DNA of 40,808 nucleotides from Octopus bimaculoides (taxonomy: Eukaryota), in assembly GCF_001194135.2 (NCBI RefSeq), contig NC_068998.1, forward strand, positions 34,102,402 to 34,143,209. Direction: 5' to 3'. Every line of letters starts with the position of its first letter. The stretch's first letter is position 1. The position numbers and the translations under genes were made by a program. Below are positions 34,054 through 40,808 of the stretch, piece by piece. Under the pieces are notes generated by a model. That model saw only the letters and a list, made by a program, of their open reading frames with translations. It was not told the origin of the DNA and made no database searches.

Positions 34054-34690
34054 TAAAAAAGTGGAACAAAAATGCAATAGAGGACAATAAAACATCCAAA
34101 CAGATAGACGATACAAAGGCGAACAAGAAAGAAAAACAGACGTGTCATTCATGGCTTTCTTTCTTAAGTAAAGTTTTCCAATCCTTCAATCTTGCTACCC
34201 TCTACCCTTCTTTCCTCCTCCTATGTGACCAGTATCTGGCCAGCCTTGATCTTTCTTTCTTAGCCTGACTGCTCACCGCCAACACCTCTTATGTCAATCT
34301 CCTATGTTTCTGCCTTGGGGCTTTCACTTTATACACGCCAACTCAATTTGATTTGTTCTCAGTCAAAAGACATCTGTTGTTATATTTTTGTTGTTTGTAT
34401 TTGTAATTGTGTACCGTGTTATCCATTTTTTGTCTTTCTTGCTGTACACATTCGTTAGTTTTCTTACAAGAAATCTAATGCTCTTAACTTAGACTTTTTT
34501 AGGGGCAACCAAATCGAATAGTCTCAAGTATAACTGCCCAAAACTGTAAGAACATCTGATAACTTGATTGAATAAAGAAGCCCATGAATGACCCGTCCTT
34601 TTTTTCCTGTCCGCCTTTGTATCGTCTCTCTGTCCAAATGTTTTATTGTCCTCTATTGCGATTTTGTTCCATTTTTAATATTTATATATA
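34048..34690. repeat. Inverted repeat, ~130-bp arms, between two (TA)n tracts
   Basis: The reverse complement of ~34048-34175 matches ~34560-34690 (ccatgaatgac.cgtc...cgcctttgtatcgtct.tctgt...atgttttattgtcctctattgc...ttgttcca). Confidence 0.85.
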
Positions 34691-34702
34691 TGTATATATA
34701 TG

Positions 34703-34742
<40 letters not shown>

Positions 34743-34782
34743 CACATATTATATACAGATATACATATACTTTAATACATAC

Positions 34783-34827
<45 letters not shown>

Positions 34828-35346
34828 TATATATACATATATATGTATATATATNNNNNNNNNNTATATATATATATATATATACACACACATACATATA
34901 CACACACACACACACATATATATATGTATTTACAGAAGTGATTGTATATCAGTTCATTAGTAAATGGGAAAATAGATACATTTCTCACATACTACATACA
35001 ATAGCTAGACAAGTATAATTACTAGGCTTTTTAGCTATTTCTGCACATTTGGATAGTCATTTTCTGTTGCTATATCAATTGTTAAAACACCATTGTCATT
35101 CCTGTCATGGAAAATGATATCAAGTTTATTATCTGATGCAAAAGTTGCATACATTCTTTGCATTGTCATCTTTGAAGACGGTTACAGGTTCAGATGAGTA
35201 CTACAAAACTCAAAGATGTTGAAACTTGGTAATCAACTGTGTATAGATCAATTTCACTATGTCCTTAGGAATTATTATTAGCAAAACTATTGTTAGTAAA
35301 TGTGAAAGAAGTTAGATTCATCATCATCATCATCATCATTATCATT

Positions 35347-37897
35347 CAGTAGTCTTATTTTTATCACTGCGCTACCGAGCACAGATTCGCATACCTTGGC
35401 TATGTGCTATGGTTTGTTCTGATGTTGTTATTTTCACTGTATTGAAAGTGCTTTACATAGGATGTGGGCAGTGCATAGTAGTGCTATTTTCTATATGTAT
35501 TTTCTATTTTCTATTTTCTATATTTCAGAAACATAATTTTATTTTGGAAAAATTAACGATAGAAATGTTTTGATTAGTCAAAGTATGAGCTGTGAACATC
35601 TATGCATCTCTGACATCGATCAACGAGATTATTTATGCCTCATTGATAAAAATTTATTGGCTTTGATGCTAAGAAATCTTTGAAAGCTGATTCCACCTCT
35701 GGTTTGGACCTGAAAGTTTTATCACTTAATAGCACATTTAAATGTTTAAAAACATGGGAGCCAGTGAGTGAAAGATAAGGAGAATATGGAGGATGTGGTA
35801 AAGTCTCATATCCCAAGTCTGTGAGTTTCGGCAGCATTATTTTTGCAACATATGGCTTTGCATTATTGTGGAGTAGAACTGGGCCATGCTGATTCACCAA
35901 TACAGGTCTCATTTTTTGCAAGCGAGCATGCATTTCAGCAAGTTGACTGCAGTAAACCTCTGCTGTAATGCTCTGATTGGCTTTCAGAAACCTGTAATGG
36001 ATGACACCAATTGCAGACCGCCAGATGGTCACCCTAATCTTTTGCTGATGCAACTTTGGCTTTGGGAAATATTTGGGGGACTCATCATGATCAAGCCATT
36101 GACCTGATCATTTATGGTTATCATAAAGGATACACTTTTTGTCACAAGTGACTATTCAGTCAAGGAAAGGATCATTGGGGTTTCACAGAAAGAGCATCAA
36201 GCATACTTCAAAACGCCAAACTTTTCGATTTTCATTGAGCTCATGTGGTACCCATTTATTGAGCTTTTTCACCTTACCAATCTTTTGCAGATTGCATGAG
36301 ACCGTTGCAATACTGACACCAAGTGCCTGAGACATTTCTCTGATACTTTGACACGGATTTTGTTCAACAATTGCTTTCAACTGTTCATTGTCAAGACTGC
36401 ATGACTGTCCTATACCATCTTCATCTTCAAGGCGCTCATTACCACTATGGAATTTCTGAAGCCACCTTTGTACTGTGTGATCACTTGTGGACCCCCCTCC
36501 CCATGCTCTGCTGATATTGGCAGCAGTTTGGGAGACATTGTGCCCAAGCTTGAACTCTTGCAAGAAAAGTAAGTGAAGGTCCTTTTTTTATCATAATTAA
36601 GGGTACCTATGCTTCAAGAATGTTTTCTGTCTGAAATAAGTAGAAAATTATTAAAAAGCGTACATCAATTATTAAGTATGTCGAAATTCACCGAAAATAT
36701 AATTAAAATACCATGATAAAGTTGCATTTCAGAATACAACACTTAGAGCAACCATTATTTTCGGAACAAGCTAATATATAAAATTGTAAGTCCTAGTGTT
36801 TTGGTTATGTATCTGTCTGTATAATTTTTAATCATACCTAATGCATCTTTTATTATAGAAACTGTTTCTGTTTTTAGACTCCACATTCAAGTTCTCTCTA
36901 TTTCTAGATATTTTTCTTTTTGAGAGTTTCTCTGTTTCTTTTAGAGATACATTGTCATCTGTTGGGATTGATACATCGATTAGAAGGCATTTTTTTCTTG
37001 ATGACCTCTGACAACTATATCTGGTCAATTAGCCATGATTTCCCTATCTGCATGTATTGGTATGTCCCAGAGTATTGTTACATTGTCATTTTCTGAGACC
37101 TTTACTGGGACATGCCTATACCATCTTTTTGCTCATGTCATTCCATAGTGTTGGCATAGCTTCCAGTGTATATAGGTCCCAACTCTGTCATTCTGTGGAT
37201 ATACTCCTTCTTAGCTAGGACTGGGCAGCCAGAAACAAAATGATTTATTGTTTCTTCCCTCATCACCACGTATTCTCCAGTTATTTGTTGGTTTTTCCTT
37301 CATTATGTGTTTCTGGTGGTTTCTTGTGGGAGAGGTTTTGATCTTGGGCTGCGATTAAAATCCTTCAGTCTCTGCTTTGAGAACTGAGTTTTTCAGCCAT
37401 TGTTAGGATTTTACTTTGTCTATTTATTTTCTGTTTAGCTTATCCCAGTAATTACCAGGAAAGGGCTTTTTGCCATCATTTAATCATGGTACTTTTTTTG
37501 TTCCAGTTTAAGTTTAGATTTCAGCTGCTCTACAGCTTTTGTTGTTTGTTCTTTTTCTTTATAGTTGTCAGGTACTATGACCACTTTCTTGAATTGTTTG
37601 GTTTCTTTAAAGACTGAAAACAGTTTTGTTTTCTACATGTTTTTTGGTTATTTGTACCAATTTTCCTTAGTTCTGAGTTTGATATTTCTGTAATCTTATG
37701 GTGGATATTTTATGGTAGTTTTCTAGTTGTATAAGGTCTCTACCATTGTATGTATATAACCTTTTTATGCCACATTCTGGGTTATTTGTTCTAAATGCCG
37801 GCATTATTTTTCTTGTTTTCCTGTCTAATTTGTATAGTTCATTTAGTGTCCAATTAAGAGTATTTTAACTATAACTTGCTACTCCAGCAGCTCGAGT
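35347..37897 (-). mobile_element. R4/Dong-type LINE copy A (5'-truncated), split by a mariner
   Basis: 36780-37897 reads NWTLNELYKLDRKTRKIM, HFVSGCPVLAKKEY and KKCLLIDVSIPTDDNVSLKE. The 3' end resumes at 35347-35520 and matches the copy B 3' UTR up to ...ACTACTG. Confidence 0.85.
35521..36776 (-). mobile_element. Near full-length mariner (Hsmar1/cecropia-like), transposase pseudogene ~35574-36594
   Basis: WVPHELNENRK, LLHNNAKPY, LPHPPYSPYLS and GINNLVDR...YFD. TIR TA-ttagcttgttccgaaaataatgg at the right end, with a degenerate inverse at 35521. Confidence 0.9.
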
Positions 37898-37924
37898 ATT
37901 ATTATTATTATTATTATTGTTATT

Positions 37925-38532
37925 CAGTAGTTTTATTTTTATCACTTGCTTTCACTTCACTACCGAGCACAGCTCTGTGTGCCTTGGGTATGTGCTGTGG
38001 TTTGCTGTGATGCTCTTATGGTCAATGTATTGAAAGTGTTTTGCGTAGGATGTGCCCAGTAGTGCAATTTTCTGTATGTTATATATAGTTGTAAGTCCTG
38101 ATGTTTTTGTTATGTATTTGTCTGAATATTTTTTTATTATACCTAAGGCACCTACTATGATAGGAATTGTTTCTGTTTTTAGATTCCACATTCGAGTTAC
38201 CTCTATTTCCAGGTTTTTGTATTTTGAAAGTTTGTCCATTTCTTTTAAAGAAACATTGTCATCTGCTGGTATTGATACATCAATTAGAAAGCATTTTTTT
38301 CCTTCATGATCTTTGACAACTATATCTGGTCTATTGGCCTTAATTTCTCTATCTGTGTGTATTGGCATATCCCAGAGTATGGTTGCTTTCTCGTTTTCTG
38401 TGACCTTTTCTGGTGTGTGTTTATACCATCTTTTTTCTGTTGTTATTCCATAGTGTTGGCATAGCTTCCAGTGTATATAGGTCCCAGCTCTGTCGTGTCT
38501 GCGAATAGATTCCTTCTTAGCCAGGACTGGCC
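37925..38532 (-). mobile_element. R4/Dong-type LINE copy B (RLE domain plus 3' UTR) in (TAA)n
   Basis: RRHDRAGTYIHWKLC...ILWDMPIHTDREIKANRPDIVVKD...LIDVSIP...KE..KLSKY..LEIEVTRMW...IPIIVGALG. (TAA)n lies on both sides. Confidence 0.92.
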
Positions 38533-38790
<258 letters not shown>

Positions 38791-38791
38791 C

Positions 38792-38846
<55 letters not shown>

Positions 38847-38847
38847 A

Positions 38848-38975
38848 CTTGTCTGTCTTTGTTGAGTTCAAAATGAAAAGTGATACATAGAAAATCAAAT
38901 TTTTGAATTTCAATTTCTATAATTTTGAATTCTTATGTATCACTTTTCATTTTGAACTCAACAAAGACAAGCAAG
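38848..38975. repeat. Hairpin with a 35-bp perfect stem
   Basis: 38855-38889 is the exact reverse complement of 38934-38968. Confidence 0.95.
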
Positions 38976-39096
38976 CTGTCGAAATATCGTTCAAACCAAT
39001 AAAATATCTATTGCAATCACATCGCACTATTCGTATTGTCTATTTACTTTTGTGAGGAGTTTTAAAATATCCTTTTAAAATATCATTATAATAGTG

Positions 39097-39099
<3 letters not shown>

Positions 39100-39132
<33 letters not shown>

Positions 39133-39210
39133 GAATAATGATGATGATGATGATGATGATGATAATTATTATTATTATTATTATCATTATTATTATTATT
39201 ATTATTATTA

Positions 39211-39296
<86 letters not shown>
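39100..39296. repeat. (TAA)n/(TGA)n followed by (TTA)n microsatellite
   Basis: Direct reading. The repeat orientation flips around 39160. Confidence 0.95.
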
Positions 39297-39818
39297 GAGT
39301 GAGAGAGCAGTGAATACCATCAAAGTGACACTGGGGTAAAATATACGAAGCCCAGTATACCCATCATGACTGCTCATCTGAAAATGGCACAACATGGTGA
39401 TCTCATATCAAGATAAACTGTGCATGACCTTGCAGGTGGGGCCCAGTTAGAATTTTCTTCAGGTTAAGTAGCCCATCCTGCTTAAAAGGTCCCTGAATAA
39501 GGGTTGTTTAAGGATGTTGAGCAAAACACCCATGTTTCCAAAGGTGAATTATTCAAACCCCAACGAATTCCTCTCAACTCATGGCTATGATGCTCCCCCA
39601 CTACTCCTGCTCATGATCAGAGATGCACATATCATCAGCCACCAAGGGACATGCTCAACTGGTTAAGGTCAAACAACTGACAAGCAAATCTGTGGTATTG
39701 AGCAGAATATTTGCTGTAGCCCATCTTTTATACCAAAACAAAACATGTACATGATAACACTTCCAATCAGTTAAGATCAGAAGCCATGAGAGCCACTGCC
39801 TGGTACTGCATCAGGGCA
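39297..39818. mobile_element. ~520-bp ORF-less element inserted in (TTA)n
   Basis: Complex sequence, more GC-rich than its flanks, with sharp junctions to (TTA)n on both sides. No TIR and no recognisable protein motif. Confidence 0.6.
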
Positions 39819-39849
39819 TTTATTATTATTATTATTATTTTTATTTTTA

Positions 39850-40330
39850 TTGTCATTATCTTAGTGGTCATATTCTTTCCTTTCTCTGCACAGCTAATTA
39901 GCACAGCTTTGTGGGAATTGAGTACATGAGTTGCCTTATTTTGGTTTTATATTTTCTATTGTTTTGACAATACTTGGTGACATATTTTCAGTGCCTAGTT
40001 GTGATATTACCAATATGTTGTGTATGGGGTTAGGATTACAGATTTGTTGACATGTATTTATATTAATAATTCCCAAAGCACCTATTATTATGCAAATCAT
40101 TTTCCTTTCCATTCTCTACATTTTGGTTATCTTTATTTCCAAATTTTATATCAATATATAGAGATATTTTCTCCAGTTCCTCAAGAGATAGGTTATCATC
40201 TTATATGACTGATTCATCAATCAGCAAAACACTTCATTTTATGTTTGTTTGTATCAGCCATAGCTAGTCATTTTGAATTGATATATCCCAGAGTATGGTC
40301 ACCTTATCACTCTCTGATTCCTGCCTCAAC
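39850..40330 (-). mobile_element. R4/Dong-type LINE copy C (decayed RLE domain)
   Basis: ESDKVTILWDISIQND at 40264-40330 and EIKITKM...IIIGALGII at ~40070-40140. Runs into (TAA)n at ~39820-39848. Confidence 0.6.
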
Positions 40331-40369
40331 ACTCTGTATATATGTGTATATATGTATAGACATATGTAC

Positions 40370-40400
<31 letters not shown>

Positions 40401-40619
40401 AAAGAGAGAGAGAGCATGTCTGTGTCACAGTGTGTGTGTGTGTATGTGTGTGTATGTGTGTCTGTATGCCTGAGTCGCTGTGTGTCTGTGTGTGTGTATG
40501 TATGTGAGGGTATGTGTGTGTATGTATGCGTATGTATGTACGTGTGTGTGTGTGTGTCTGTGTCGCTGTGCCTCTGTGTGTATGTATGTTTATATGTGGG
40601 TGTATGTGTGTGTGTCTGG

Positions 40620-40790
40620 AGACACATGGCTTAATGGTTAGGGTGTTGCACTCATAATCATAAGATTGTAGTTTCGATTCCTGGACCAGGTGACACCTTG
40701 AGCAAAACACTTCATTTCATATTGTTCCAATCCACTCAGCTGACAAAAGTAAGTAATCCTGCAACAGGCCACGTGGGAACATATATGCAA
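40620..40790 (+). mobile_element. tRNA-type SINE, family C head
   Basis: A-box tggcttaatgg, B-box-like gtttcgattcc, then ttgagcaaaacacttcatttca. Confidence 0.7.
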
Positions 40791-40808
40791 CAAAATTCAG
40801 AAAACCAA

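Noticed and set aside
34290-34335. Minus-strand gtgaaagccccaaggcagaaac as a hammerhead
   Set aside because: The core is incomplete, with no cleavage triplet or stem I.

Overview
AT-rich, microsatellite-dense eukaryotic DNA with eight N-gaps. Repeat content and style suggest an octopus genome (inference, not database-checked). No host protein-coding gene, rRNA, tRNA or CRISPR array is supported. Most of the interpretable sequence is layered transposon debris: Penelope-like element (PLE) fragments with GIY-YIG and RT motifs, R4/Dong-type RLE LINEs sitting in microsatellites, RTE and CR1-like LINE pieces, two mariner elements, hAT and piggyBac-like MITEs, and three tRNA-type SINE families. The most notable signals are as follows. 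(1) Hammerhead ribozyme motifs at PLE ends: one with an intact core at 631-701, an inverted pair at 1973-2057 and 3241-3333, and two decayed ones. (2) A cluster of (TAA)n-anchored R4/Dong copies with a ~520-bp ORF-less element that may be their non-autonomous partner. (3) Several unexplained long hairpins. Hammerheads in PLEs are a known phenomenon, so any novelty lies in these instances and details. All motifs were aligned by eye, and boundaries of decayed elements are approximate.
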